64,000 nucleotides of DNA from Balanoglossus misakiensis (Eukaryota; Animalia; Hemichordata): NCBI GenBank assembly GCA_040954595.2, contig CM082578.2:2710831-2774830 (forward strand), in the 5' to 3' direction. The position numbers and the translations under genes are program-made. The notes beneath the pieces were generated by a model. The model searched no databases and was not told the origin of the DNA. It worked only from the letters and a program-made list of their open reading frames with translations. Position 1 is the stretch's first letter. Every line of letters begins with the position of its first letter. Shown here piece by piece: positions 25,750-39,700 of the stretch.

Positions 25750-26066
25750 GAACTAAATAAATAAAATAAATAAATATATACACTGAGTAAATAAACCAAG
25801 TAAATAAATGTATGCTAACTAAACCTATGCTACCTAAACTAATAAACCTTAATTAACTAAATACTAAACTTATACTAATTAACTAAGAACTGACTAACTA
25901 ACTAACTAACTAACTAACCAACTAACTAACTAACTATATACTAACTAACTAACTAAACTATTCAAAAGTTTGGACAAATACATGTGTACACTCACTCACT
26001 CACTCACTCACTCAGACAGACAGATGGACGGACGGACGGACGGACGGACAGACAGACAGACAGACA
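25750..26066. repeat. Compound low-complexity tract: (TAAA)n, (TAAC)n, (CACT)n, (GACG)n, (GACA)n
   Basis: Directly visible. Confidence 0.9.
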
Positions 26067-29000
26067 GGTGTATCAAAATGGGTATTACTGAGGAGGGGGG
26101 GGGGCAGTTTGGGCCAAGACTGGTTGGGGCATTTCAGAGGACATTGCAAAATCAAATTTACTTGAGGCAACCTGAGGAAATTGTTAAGACGGGTTCTCAT
26201 GTGCCATGGTTAGGGTGCTCCTTTTTTTATTATCATAAGTGGGTAAACATTTCTTATCAGGGACTTCAAATTCTTGTGTTCACACATTTTACTTGAGTTT
26301 CAAATAGGTCGGAGATCAACAGGCATTTGCATGATCTGGTCCGATTCATTGTAACTTTTCATTGGAGGTTGCACTTGAAAGACAAAATGCAAAGTAGTTT
26401 TTTTTTTGGTTATGAAACAAAAGTTACACGAAAAACTTGCTTGATTTCCGATCGATATGCATGTATTGTATTGCAGCAATCGAGTGAACAAGCTACGCCA
26501 GTATTCTAGTCAGTTTTTTTTGTTTGTTTTTTCGCTTTTCAAACTGTCACTCGTATCTTCTTGAGAAAACTCACAACTTGGGTTTTAAACAAAAACAATG
26601 TTGTGGAATAAACAACTACAAACACTAAGTAAAGGTCAGAAAAATTGCATCAAAACTAAAAAAAGTATTCAAACAAGATAAATGATTACAATCAAAGATA
26701 AAATAAAAGATTTCAAACAATTTGCAGATTTGCCATTCAGGCAAATACAGCCAAAGCAAGAGATGTCAAGCAAATCGAGCAACTCTTACAACAAGATGGA
26801 AAGTACACAAGTCATGCAGACTGAATGTTTAACAGTGACTGATTGAATGTTGATACCATAGCATATTGGATGGTATTGTGAAATGTGTCTGTCTACAGTG
26901 TGTTTCAATGTAGCTCCCAGCAGTATTCACTTTGCGTGAATTTCTCCAGGTCTTCAACCAATTTGTCAGTCTTGTGGATCATTTGTGAGGTGCTATGATT
27001 AACCCCTGCAACTGTCAATCCAACAGAGGCAATGTTATTAACAATGAATTGCACATGCATAACTGACTTAGAGGGCCCAGAGGGAAAACCAGTTTCATCC
27101 AAAAACAAAGAATAGCCAGTGCCTTGGGGTCTTAACCATGGGATTTGCAACAATAACACTGTTGTCCCCTGATATCAATGCATCCGTAGAAGAATTTGAA
27201 AAGCTTGGTGATAAAAATGTAGCAAATATGCAACATGCAAATGAGAGTAGTCCCTATAATGACAGGAAGCCTTTTAATGGTCTCATAAAATAAACTAGCA
27301 GAAAAGTCGTAAATAATTTCCTTGTGATGCATCGTTGGAGATCATACATTTTACGAAATTTTTTCTATGGATATGAAAATAGTGGTACTTAAAGAGTGTA
27401 ACAACCTATGAACAAGGATTAATCTTCACTACTTCAGCCTTGAAACAGAAATGCATTAAATTTTTGATAAAAACTATACTACAGTTTTTACAAAATATGT
27501 GCTGTCTTTGGCCTGGCTACATGTTCCCTTTTGTTGAATTAAATTTGCCACTTCAAAGTCCAGCCAGCTTTTGAAAGCATGGGAAGATTGTGACCCGCAG
27601 CAGGTTAGAAAGGGGGACAGATCACATTTTCGGGGGACAATATATCAGGACAGTGTTCTCCCTGGGAAAAATCATAGAGTCAGGGCTAATGCCCATAAAA
27701 TTTACATAATCATAGGTTCTTTTGGACAAATTTTACCACGGCCGTTACTTATCAAGTATGCTAACATTGGCACATCGTACTTACTAAGAAAGAATATTGT
27801 CTTTTTTATATCCAGTGTAAAGTAGGCCTAGTGAAATACTATTACTAGTGAAAGTATTTGAAATTGACCTGGGGTTACGACGTCCGCTCCAATAAAACAC
27901 CCTGATGTTCCGATGACTTGCTATGCGCCTCAAAAACTGTGATGTTGTCATATTTTTTACGCGCTAACAACAACCAGTAGTAAGAGAGACTGATAAATCG
28001 ATGCTGATAATAATGATAGCCTGTTTATTGATGTTTTAAAATGGGGTAGAAATTTTATAGATGTCAGACATTTAGAGGCTAAAAAATGGCAAATATTCAA
28101 CAGTGTCGAGCAGTTTTCAAGTGGGAGTTAGACAGCTTCCTGCTATATGCCAATTTACTAGCATACGGATGGGACCTTTGACACAAGCCACTTCTTGTGT
28201 CAGCTGCTTGATCGCACGAGCGGTTGGCTTAATTCAAGACACTGCATTGTTTATCATGATGGTGGTTGCTGTTTCTATTTTGTTTGTTTGTTTGTGTCCC
28301 GAACAGAACGCCTAATTCACCTGTGTCCTGGATGAAACACTGCCTGCCCATGCCAAGTTCACAAGTTTTCAGTGCCGGTTGTCTTTTACATCCTACTACA
28401 TGTATCTGTTTTTTTTTTTAGAAATTGGACATAATCCTAAGACAAGACATCTCAGATTTTGTGTTAATTATGATATACTGCCATTGGCGGAGACATGTTA
28501 ACGTGTATTGTTTTTGAGGGGTAAAAAAGATCAACATTCAGGATCAGATTAATCGTTTTGATAATAATTTTCTTGCAATCATACCCATCCATATTCTAAA
28601 CAAAGTCAAATAGTGCAAAGTATTTAAAAGTTTCCCTGATCCAAGTAGGCATAAATCAGGGCAGTTGACCAAGAAATTTACCTGCCCTGTGCAATTATTA
28701 CCGGCCCTCGGCTGCTGTTAATTTTATAAGCCTGTGCAAACGCACAGACACATGACATGACCTCCGACAAAAGTTGCTTCATCTTTTGTCATGTTTAGCT
28801 GATTTGTTACAATGCGCGCACACGCTCAGTGCGTTGCTTGTGTTACTAGGCTGTTGATGCTATTTACAGGACGCCTGTCCAAAGATAACTTGAGCACTGA
28901 ATGAAATGGCAGCGCACTGCTCTTGACAGCGTGCAGAGCTGCGTTGCTTCTAGGGTGATTCAAGCTGTGGAAGGTGTGAAATCACTCAGTTGTGTTCACT

Positions 29001-29546
29001 ATTCATCAAGAATTGAAAGGGCGTAGCTAGTTACAGTGAAAGCAAAGGTGGACGCAAAGCAAAAGTACAGGGGTGACAATTAGTCACATTATTGCTCACT
29101 GAGGAAGAATGCATCACAGTGACCCATGAAGATTATTCCGTTGCGACAATCCAACGTTTATTGCGTCAAATGTCGCAAGGCCGCACGCTAGCTGAAACAC
29201 TGAAAGAGAGAGCAAATTTGGTAGGCAGTCATACAACATTGGCACTTTTGTTTAAGTGTAAAGACAATCTGACTTTTGCCAAATATTCAGAGGGTATCAA
29301 CTTCAAGGACAGAAAACGTGGACATTCCTGCCTGCTATTTAGGTTAGTGGTTAGAGGTTAATGTTAGAGGTTAGATTGGGGTTAAAGGTTAGTTATTGCA
29401 ATAGAAGGCTGCAATGTTCAAGTGTAACTGTCCTGAAAGCAGTCATCCGAATATATGTAGTCCTGCAAGGTCCTAACCAGTAGACTGTGATAATTTGTGA
29501 TTTCTAGACACAAGCAAGACATTCCTTCACTTGGTAACAGTATTAA

Positions 29547-30278
29547 GGTGGCACTGCATGAAACCGTCGAGACTTTTTCAGAGGCCTATTTCTCATCAAA
29601 GAAAAAGTTAAAACCCCCATAAACCATATATATTCTGGAAGCTGAGATTTTGAACTTTTGTTTGAGTTGCAAATATTATTGATCCCAGGAAATGGTGGCG
29701 ATTTTGGGTGAAAAAAACATTTTTTGATATTATGTCATGACATTTAAAATAGGTAAAAAAGTTGACCATGCATCATGCATCTTAATATGTCATTCAAAAC
29801 TAGAGTACACGTGCAAAAAAACGCTAATTTTGTTTTGCGTTATCTGCTTCCATTGAGGAGTAACAGCGTTTAAAAGTTAGATTTTCAGAAAATTTGATCA
29901 AATTCACGGTGAGTTGTATTGAATCAGAGTTTATTCCCGCCAGGGACACTTTATCGACAAACAAAACTAGCGTTTTGTTGGATGGGTCATACACAATCCC
30001 CAGTTAAAATTTGAGCAAATTCGGCCAACGCAGAGCGAAGCTATTTTCGTCTGAAGTTGTCAAGAGCAGCGAAAATGCAAACTGAGAAAAACGGCTATTT
30101 GCATTGTTGACACCTATTTGTTAAGCTGTGAACACATTCAGAAAAGTGCTATTTTGGGGTGATTATGCACCATTTCCACCAAGACGTATTAGTCAGGGTG
30201 TGGGTCAGTATAAGGCCTACCGATTTATGTAAAAAAGTAAAATTTGGCAAAAATCACAACTTTTCATGCAGTGCCACC
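29547..30278. mobile_element. Kolobok-type non-autonomous element, family 2
   Basis: TTAA-GGTGGCACTGCATGAAA..TTTCATGCAGTGCCACC-TTAA. Confidence 0.9.
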
Positions 30279-31001
30279 TTAAGTAGTTTTTGTCTGTCTA
30301 TCAGAACTATCTTTGCTTTGTAAAATTTTAATGAAAAGTAGGAAGTTTCAGATAATAAGTTGGAAAAACAAACGGGTGGCTTAGAATCCTAAATAGGTGC
30401 TCTCTCTGTGTTTAAAACACTAATACTATCTAAAATCACAAATGATAGAAATAAAACAATATACAGTGTTTCAGCTTTCGTGCGGCCTTGCGACATTTGA
30501 TGCAATAAATATTGGATTGTCACAACAAAATAAATCTTCATGGGTCACTGTGACACATTCTTACTGAGTGAACAACAATATGACTGATTGTCACCTCCCG
30601 TACTTTTGCTATGCGTCCAGCTTTGATTTCACGGTAACTTGCTACTTCCTTTCAATTCTTGATGAATAGTGAACACAACTGAGTGATTTCACACCTTCCA
30701 CGGCTTGAATCACCCTAGAAGCAACGCAGCTCTGCACGCTGTCAAGAGCAATGTGCTGCCATTTCATTCAGTGCACAAGTTACCTTTAGACAGGCGTTCT
30801 ATAAATTGCATCAATAGCCTTGAAACACAAGCAACACACTGAGCGTACGCGCATTGCAACAACTTAGCTAAACTTGACAAAAGATGAAGCAACTTTTGTT
30901 GGAGGTCATGCCATGTGTTTGTGTGTCTCTACAGGCTTATATAATTAACAGCGGCGCAGAGCCAGTAATATTTGCGCAGGGCAGGTAAATTTCTTAGTCA
31001 C

Positions 31002-31296
31002 TTTGCCACAAAGAAATATGGCCGCCACCGTGAAAAAATGCAAGAAACAAGGAACGTTGCATTTCTGAATATAAAATTTCATAAACAAGACACGATCTCA
31101 TCCACTACAATTATGGAAGTAAATGTACTCCGCTGAGACATTACATTTTCATTTTTGATCTGAATATTGCAGGAATTTTCGATTTTCTTTAACTTTTGGC
31201 CATTTTGTCATAAATAAGTGATCTTGATATACTATTAGGAAATATCATTTAATAGACATAATTCAAAGGATACATGGGATTATTTAAAACGTGCCT
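31002..31296 (-). mobile_element. Terminal fragment of Kolobok family 3
   Basis: Reverse-complement similarity to 50888-51236; ends GTGCCT-TTAA (31297-31300). Confidence 0.7.
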
Positions 31297-33024
31297 TTAA
31301 TCTGATCCTTGATGTTGATCTTTTCCCCCAAAAATTCACCTAAAAACTCAGACTCAGTCACAGATATCAAAAACAGAGCAATTGCGTAAACAAAAGAACA
31401 GCTGATTGCGGTCAATAGGTGAACTGTACATTTCTAGTATCATATTCAAACATCAGGAAATAAATAATGAAGGTTTATGAACGCAAGTGACAATTTATTT
31501 AAGGGTTTTGCTGAAATATATCTGAAAAACATTTTGATTTTTGTGAAACCTTGCGTTTGCATTCATTTGCATTCTCAGTAAAGTTCACGTATGCGGGCGC
31601 TCAGAATGTTGCAATACATAAACAAACTCGCCCTCGATCGGCCCTCCTAACAACTTGTAGACAACGTGACAGTGACACTTGCAGCATAACTATTTTCGTG
31701 TATAGCTTTGTTGACATGACTGCTTGGTACATGGTACTCAGTATTATGTTGAATGAATGTCAAATCAAGCATCCGGGTTTACTTTACATGCGTGAGTGAG
31801 CCATGTTCAAAACTGCGTGTGATTCATGAGCAGACGACATGTACTGCCGCCGTAGGAAGAAGAAATTAAATAAATCACCAGTTGAGGTCAGATTCGAAAT
31901 TAATAAATATCACAGTATTTCTTCTGTGTATATTTGCATTTCTTTTTCAGACCCTAATATGTTTGCATTGTTTGAAAACCTATGTTATTCAGTCAGAAAT
32001 TGTCCACGTCTGGCTGGTTCTTGAGTGCGTTGTGTGTCCACGTAATAACACGATACATTATCAATAATAATGTACATGTACAGCTATCACGTTACAAAAT
32101 TCACAATGCCCCCATATTTTCAATAGCTGGCTGAACACTGTTGCTTGTAAATTTGAGGAAATTTACCTGGTGAAATAACCATTTGTATTTTTATCTGTCT
32201 AGCAAAATTTTGGTGAATATCATTATGCTCCATAAATGTTTGCCTTTGTACTTTAACAAATATTTTCAATGGATGTTGAAGATATATGAAACACCACTAA
32301 TATGGTTTTTGTGTTTTTGATAATAAATGCAAAAAATTGTTAACCAAACAGGAAAATGGATACATGGGCTGTTGAATTTCAGTCACCATGACGATGTATG
32401 TAGTCTGTGACAAACGTAACATTCCATACAAAGCGTATGATTTCATTTTTTTGAGTGTCTAGCTATTACATTATATTTTCAGCGAATTTACATGCAACAC
32501 ATTGCAGGATGCTACAATCTCTAGTGCAAATTTGTTTGCGAAATTACGTTTGGCTTAACAATATATGACAAAAGTGAACATGTGTGCATGACTGCCAGAT
32601 GCTGTTGTTTTTCATTTCTCAAGTATACCAGGTCTCATTCATTGGCTTGGGGAAGGCTTAATAAATATTCATATATATCATTATTATGTGCCTACCACTG
32701 GATTGCAGTGCTAGTGGGATGTGTGTATCTAACAATGTTCCATCTTTTGATTCTGAGGCGTAAATTACTTTACAAATTTTATCTCAGAATTTACAACAGT
32801 GGCAAAAGCATTTTGAACAAAATAGTGAACTCTGACGTCTTGGTCCTTTCAAAATTTCAACAGCCCTACAGAAAGAAGATGTATATTTTATAATGTTTTA
32901 GTGCATGTACCAACAGAATGTCTTTTTACTGTTTTTTGATTGACTTTTTCATCACTGTTTTTTCATTTTTTTATTACTGATTTTTTGTTTGTTTGTCTTG
33001 TTGTCTTGTGTTGTTTTTAACTTA

Positions 33025-33699
33025 GGTGGCACTGCATGAAAAGTTGTGATTTTTGCCAAATTTTACTTTTTACATAAATCAGTAGGTCTAATACTGACCC
33101 ACATTCTGACAAATGCGTCTTGGCAGAAATGGTGCACAATCACCCAAAATTAGCACACAGCTAAAGAAATAGTTGTCAATATTGCATTTTGCTGCTATTG
33201 ACAACTTCAGAAGAATTTAGCTTCGCTTGTGTTGGCTGAATTTGCTCAAATTTTAACAGGAGATTGTGTATAACCCATCCAACAATACGTAAAATTTTAG
33301 TTCTAAAATGTCCCTGTCGGGAATGAACTTTGATTCAATACAACTCATCGTGAATTTGATCAACTTTTCTAAAAATCTAACTTGCAAATGCTGTTACTCC
33401 TCAATGGAAGCATATAACGCCAAACAAAATGTTCGTTTTTTTTGCACGTGTACTCTAGTTTCGAATGACATATTAAGATGCAGGATGCATGGTCAAATTT
33501 TTTACCGAATTACAATTGACTGACTAATATCAAAAAATAGGTTTTATAACCCAAAAACACCATCATTTCTGAGGGTAAATAAAAAGTGCAACTCAAACAA
33601 AAGTTCAAAAACTCAGCTTCCAGATTATGTATCGTTTATAGGGGTGTTAACATTGTCTTTGATGAGAAAAAAGTCGTGACGGTTTCATGCAATGCCACC
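33025..33699. mobile_element. Older, oppositely oriented copy of Kolobok family 2
   Basis: GGTGGCACTGCATGAAAAG..TTTCATGCAATGCCACC; reverse complement of 29547-30278; degenerate TSD. Confidence 0.85.
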
Positions 33700-34132
33700 T
33701 TTATATTGTCTTTTGTTGCTGTTTTTCTGTCTATTCCGTTGTGCTATCTACATGTTTAGCTGTTCTATGGGGTGTATTTTAAATACTGTTTTAAATAAAC
33801 ATTATTATTGATGTTGTTGTAATATAAAAATTTCTCTTGTGTCTTTTTCAAGGTCAGATGAGGCGAGTTATAACACCTTGATTCATGGGTTGTGTGACTT
33901 TTGGAAACCCTCACTCACATTGATGGAAGATTTTTTTCTTAAATACAGTATACATTTGTTGTCCCTGATTATAGCCTTTGTGAAATTTCCCCTCTATGAA
34001 GTGAGACAGAACTAATGAAATCATCTCCATGATGCAGATGTATGAGATAGCTGGTGAAGTGCTCAATACAGAGTGTGTTCCACAAGATTAAACTGTCCCA
34101 AAGATGTGGAGGCAGTTAGGGATGAGGTGCAT

Positions 34133-34780
34133 TGGCATCCTTCAGGCTCGAGAGATTAATTGGATCCGCATGCTGGGATGCTGGTCTAGATCTTGGATAG
34201 CGTCAGGTGTGACTAGTCAATCCAATGCGAGAATGACACTTCAAACAGATGAAGGCTAAGGAGGGTCTGTTTGCCTGGCTTGATGCCTTCCTTCTGTGTC
34301 TCTTGACTTCGGACGTTAGTCTCTTCAATGTTGGAGAGGCCTTTGCCAACCACTTGTATCCAGGTCATTCAGTCTGAGGCTTCAGACTCCCAAGAGTTTG
34401 CGTCAATGTCCCGGGCCTTCATGTCTCTTTTGCAAACATCCTTGTGGTGTAACTGTCAGGTCTGTTGGTCTGTTTCCCCTAAGTGTCAGTTTGCGCCGTA
34501 CAGGTCTTTTAGGATCCGCCCATCATCAATGAGTACAACATGGCCAAACCAGTGTATGTGTCTCTGCTTCAGCAGACTGTACATGCTGGAAATTGTCTTC
34601 AGGACAGTGGTGTGGGTAACTTTGTCTTGATATTTCACATCCAGGAAACGTCACAGGCAGCGCATGTGAAAGGGCATTGAGCTTTTGTTCCTCCGAGGTG
34701 GATTCACTGCTGTACTGTACAAATTAAGGTCCTCACAACACCAGCACTGTAAATGTGGACATTGGTGTTATACTTAGTAA
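34133..34780 (-). mobile_element. Degraded RTE-clade LINE 3' end
   Basis: Broken frames FHMRCL, YQDKV, LLKQR..WFGHV, DGRI, KDVCKRDMK, CHSRIGLTSH; 3'UTR-like TCTCGAG..GAAGGATGCC. Confidence 0.8.
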
Positions 34781-34799
34781 TAGCCGATGTCAAGTACTC

Positions 34800-36700
34800 C
34801 CAGAGTAGGAGGGCTTCGTGATTAACAAGAGCAAAGATCTGAGCCTGACAAACTGCATAAGGCAAATTGGTCTCCTGGTGAGATCCACCTCAGCTGGCAT
34901 GATGCCATGGTGAAGTACAATGCAATCTCCGCTGCACTCGAGACTTGCTATAATAGTCTGACTATTCATAATTCATGAAGAGCAATACTCCATGGTTGGA
35001 CAAGGATTCATCACACAGCGAGAAACATGTGGATCCAGGAGCCTGCTATAAGATAGCTTAGGGTTGAAAGCATGAATTGATGGTCTAGCTCAAAGTAGTT
35101 TTCAGGAATAGAGTGATCTGACCTGACCCATTTCTCTTGGCAAGTATTTTTTCTTGGTTCCCTTGACATTATTTCAAATTGCGTATATCATAAAAAGCCA
35201 GACAGGCCTCCGCCAATAGAGATAAGTCACAGCTGTTAAAACCACCTCAAACACATACCAAGAACCATAGACATATAATAGTAAAGAGAAAAGAAAACTG
35301 CTATAATGCATATTCAACATGTAGATTACAAACTGCGACTGGATTGGCTGAGGGAACAGGATCCAGTGAGTACATGAGCAATAAAAGGATTTGAGAGAAT
35401 AATTAAACAGAGGTCAGTTGATGTGGTATTGGCTCTTCTTGTCTACCAACACTACTTGAATGGATAGGCTATGTGCTTTCTGGTGAATAGTGAAAGACAG
35501 AACTGCATGCACCTCAGATTTACATGTATGTGGGGTTCCCACGACACTGAACTGGACTGCAAGGCATGCAGAGAAAAATGTTCTGATCCAAATCAAGACT
35601 TGTAGTGAAGCATAAAGGTTGACAGGTGATTGTCACCATACAGCACTGCATTTTGAGGCCAGTTCCCAATCTGCACCGTCTTTGATGGAATTTTTTTTTA
35701 CACTTGAGAGATTTGGCCTGAGCAATGTCCAGAATAGCAATGACGCTGGTGATCTGCTTTGGTGTTAGCTCAATCATCTAACCCAATGACTGGCTTTGAT
35801 TCAAGGCCACCAGACGAATTGCCAGAGAAAGAGTTAAGTCACCATGTAGGATATCCTTAGTATAGACAATTGAAAGTGTCAACATGTACTATGATAATCC
35901 TAGGTATGGGGGCTGCGTGGTACTGGCTCTGGAGATATGCTGAATGACTATAAGATCCCATTAAAACTTACGGATTTAGATAAACGGTTGTCATCAAGTT
36001 CAGGTGACCAGAAGTATCAGAAAGATGAAGCTGTCCACAACTTGACAGAGCTGACAATATCAGAGATATCAATGACAACACTGGTAAATGGTGTGTCCTA
36101 TTAGTAATGACACATAGAAGATGATCACTATGATCAGAGGCTCAGCTGAGAGATGTATCTTAGTGAACACAGGTGGATGTACACCCCACAGGTGTTGACG
36201 TCTACACCTCCATAATATCATATGTACATGCAGGCACATGTACCAGTATATAATCTATAAAATGATAATTTCCTAATGTGGAAAGAATAGTATGCCACTG
36301 ACGGTAGGGAAGCAAGAATTCCGACAACTGCTAAAAATTAAAGGGACATCGTATATGAGCAGCCAATGGGAAGCCCATTTGTAGTACACATTTCTGCCTT
36401 GTGAGCCATATGCCAAGATTAACTGTCCTCCAGGTGGGACCCTGTGGTGATCCATGATTACATCATCCCCAAACGACATAGTAGAAACTTGACTCCGATG
36501 AATAGGGGTACATGTGACATAACTGTATCCCAGAAGCCCTGATGCAGAAGTCAGCAGAGTGATAGAGCATGTCTGTTACAGATTCAGCTATTCACTTCTT
36601 CAGTCGGTAAAAATCAGTTTATGGCTGTTGGAGTGGGTAATCTGCTGAAATATTCCACTACAGGAGCAAAATAATTCACTACTTAGACTCAAAGAGTTAC
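34800..36700 (-). mobile_element. Highly degraded tyrosine-recombinase (DIRS/Ngaro-like) retrotransposon relic
   Basis: Scattered motifs in the expected order: LPTP (~36640), V.P..YY..GLPIGCS RT-like (~36360-36440), RNaseH-like segment (~36000-36100), NPFIAHVLTG YR-like (~35370). Short motifs only. Confidence 0.45.
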
Positions 36701-36781
36701 TGAACAAGTGCTCTCAGCACAATGCTGCTAACCTCACTCAAGTGATATTACTAGATTTCAAGACAGCAGTTATAATCTGTA

Positions 36782-39700
36782 ATTAAAGCTGCAAGCAGCG
36801 TTGAAGGGGCCCAAGCATAGAGTTAATAACCATTAGACTCCATTCAGGGTTGTACCATTCAAATGCGTTGGCTGTATTTGCTCTGGATATAGAGATATGG
36901 GGAAGTAGGCAACCACCCGAAATGGATGTCTTACAAGTACAAACACAACAACCAAAGGTGAACTTCTACGTTGTAAGTACTTCAGTTAGTATACTTCAAA
37001 GGTCAGCTGAGGGTACCCAAAAATTGGGCCAAAAATTAGGATTCTTATTTGGTTCATATTCAAGACAACGGAAAATCCTCGCTGTTTGGGTTTGTCAAAT
37101 TAGATATGGCCATAATAATGAGTTACGCGAGTAAGTTACAGGTGGCCCCAGGAATTTAGCATTTCATGACGCAGCGTGTCCTACCCTACCCCTCCAAACA
37201 TCTGGCTATATATGATGTGCGTGCTAACATATTGAAAGGTCAATGGACACCTGAGGTCACCCAAAAATTTGACAAAAAATGTTCATTCCTGTTTATGTCA
37301 TGTGCAACAAATCCTACATTTGCAGCCTTTTCACTTTGCCTACCATTAGGTATGCACGTAATACATGAATAAAGCAGGTGTCGCAGGTATCCCCCTGTAT
37401 TTGACATTTCATGATAGTTTCATCCCTCCAAATAACAAAGCTGCACCTGTACAACGGGCTGAGATATGGCACTGTACGACAGAGGTCATCCAAATCAACT
37501 TATACATTTGGGCAAAAACAAAGTGACACTTACATTCGTCCCTGTGGAACAAAAACCACACATATTGCCCTGTTGGTTAGTGTCCAATTAAATGTACAAA
37601 ATCAATGACTTAGGCAGGTGCAACAGGGGACCCCACCTTTGGTATATCATTATGGCCCCATCCGTATATGCCGACCCCCCCCCCCCCCCAACGCCAAAGC
37701 TGCATGCATCTGCTGTGGATGCTAACTAAGCAAAAGTAGGTGAAATGTCACATAAGGTCGCCCATAACTTGACAGGAAAATCGGACTTCAAATTGATCCA
37801 TGTGCAACAAATACCACGCTAGCATCCCTTTCATTGACTCCACAATTACGCATGCACATCATTGAGTTACACAGGTGTCACAGGTGACCCCCGAATCGGG
37901 CGTATTATTTTGGTCCCATACAGCTGCATGAAGCTGCGTGCCATTACGGGCGACCTGATAACCCCCACGGCCACCTGCGGGCCGAACCCCATACTGAACG
38001 TTCAGTTGCAACGTCACGACTGAAGTAGGAACTGTTGAACGGCAAAGAAGCCTGATCTCTGATTATTGCTGGTACCATACTCCCTACGTGCAAGAAAATC
38101 ACTGGTCTGCTGACGTATTTCGGCCACATTAGCGACTGAGGGTCAAAGTCCGCCGCCGCATTACATTGAATGTTAACCAGTGTAGCCGGGTCTGGATAGA
38201 AACATTTGAACAGCATTAGCTAACAAACTCAGCGTAATTCAATAAACGCCCTAACACAGCCTGAACTCCGATAATGTGTTGTCCCAAAATTCATTCCGTG
38301 GAAAATAATCACTGGTCAGTTTACGTATTTCAGCCGATTTTCCAAGGACTACTGCAACCCGCCAGAAGTGAGTAGCCTGCTAATGAGATCTCCACAACAT
38401 TATGTAATGACGGTCAAAGTCCGATGCCCCAGTGTCCACCAAAAAATGCGAAAAATATTACAAAAATCTTCTTCTCAAAATCGACGTTGCCTAGGACCTT
38501 GAAATTTGGCACAGGGGATTTTGGCCACATGGTCTACAAAAATCGCGAAAAGAATGTACATGCCCCCATTAACGTGCAAATTAGGTCAATTTGAAAATTT
38601 CGCTCTTTTATAGCCACCAAGTCACGTGACTAATTACAAATTCAAAGGGCAGGTGCACCTGTACTCATGGGCCCCAACCATCGTGCCAAATTTCAAGGTC
38701 CTAGGCCACGTCGATTTTGAGAAAAACGGGAGCAAAAAAACGACTCAAGAAGAAAGAAGATATATAGCTGCAAGCAGCGATGACGGGCACAAGCTTAAGC
38801 CGAAGGTCAAAGGTCATATGTGGTCACCCAAAATTTGGGCAAAAAATTTTGACCCCATACTAGTCCAGGTCCAAAAAAAACCAGACCTCTAGCCCTATTG
38901 GTTCGCCTAGAATTAGATATGCACATAATTAATGAGGTAAAGTATAAGGCTCCATTAGGAGTTCCATGCCTCCAAATGCCAAGGCTGTATCTGCATGGGT
39001 TGCCGAGATACGGTAAAGTAGGTCAAAGGTCACCTGAGGTCACCCAAAATTGGGCAATAAATTTTAACCCCATACTGGTCCATGTTCAACAAAAATCAAA
39101 CCTCTAGCCCTATTGGCTAGCCTGTAATTAGGTATGCACATAATTAATGAGATAAGCAGGTGTCACAGGTGACCCCCAATTTTGTCTTTTCAATTTTAGT
39201 CACAACCCTCCAAACGTCAAGTCTGTACCTGCTGTGGATGCCGAGATATAGGAAAGTAGGTCAAAGGTCACCTGAGGTCACCCAAAATTTGGGCAAAAAT
39301 TTTTGATCCCATACTGGTCCATGTCCCACAAGAACAAAACCTCTAGCCCTAATAGTTAGCCCGGAATTAGGTATGCACATAATTAATGAGTTAAGCAGGT
39401 GTTACAGGTGAGCCCAAAATTTTGTCTTTTATTTTGGTCCCATTCAGCTCACGGGCCACTAGACTGTCACTGTACAGGACAATTGCACAGACGTGGACAT
39501 AGCGTCATAGCTTAACTATAGAAAGTATAGGCCTATGGCTGGGTCCACAAATATGACAAATAATATTTAATAATCTTCTTCTCAAAATAGACTTGGCCCA
39601 CGGCCTTGACATTTGGTATGTAGGACACTGACCACATGGTCCGCAAAAATTGCTAAAAGAATTTTGATATCTCCATTCATATGCAAATTAGGCCCATTTG

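Larger units (their letters stand above)
28527..31325. repeat. Inverted duplication; arms ~28527-29202 and ~30464-31325
   Basis: For example GTCGCAAGGCCGCACG (29172) vs CGTGCGGCCTTGCGAC (30479), and AAGATCAACATTCAGGATCAGATTAA vs TTAATCTGATCCTTGATGTTGATCTT; continuous similarity over more than 500 bp. Confidence 0.88.
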
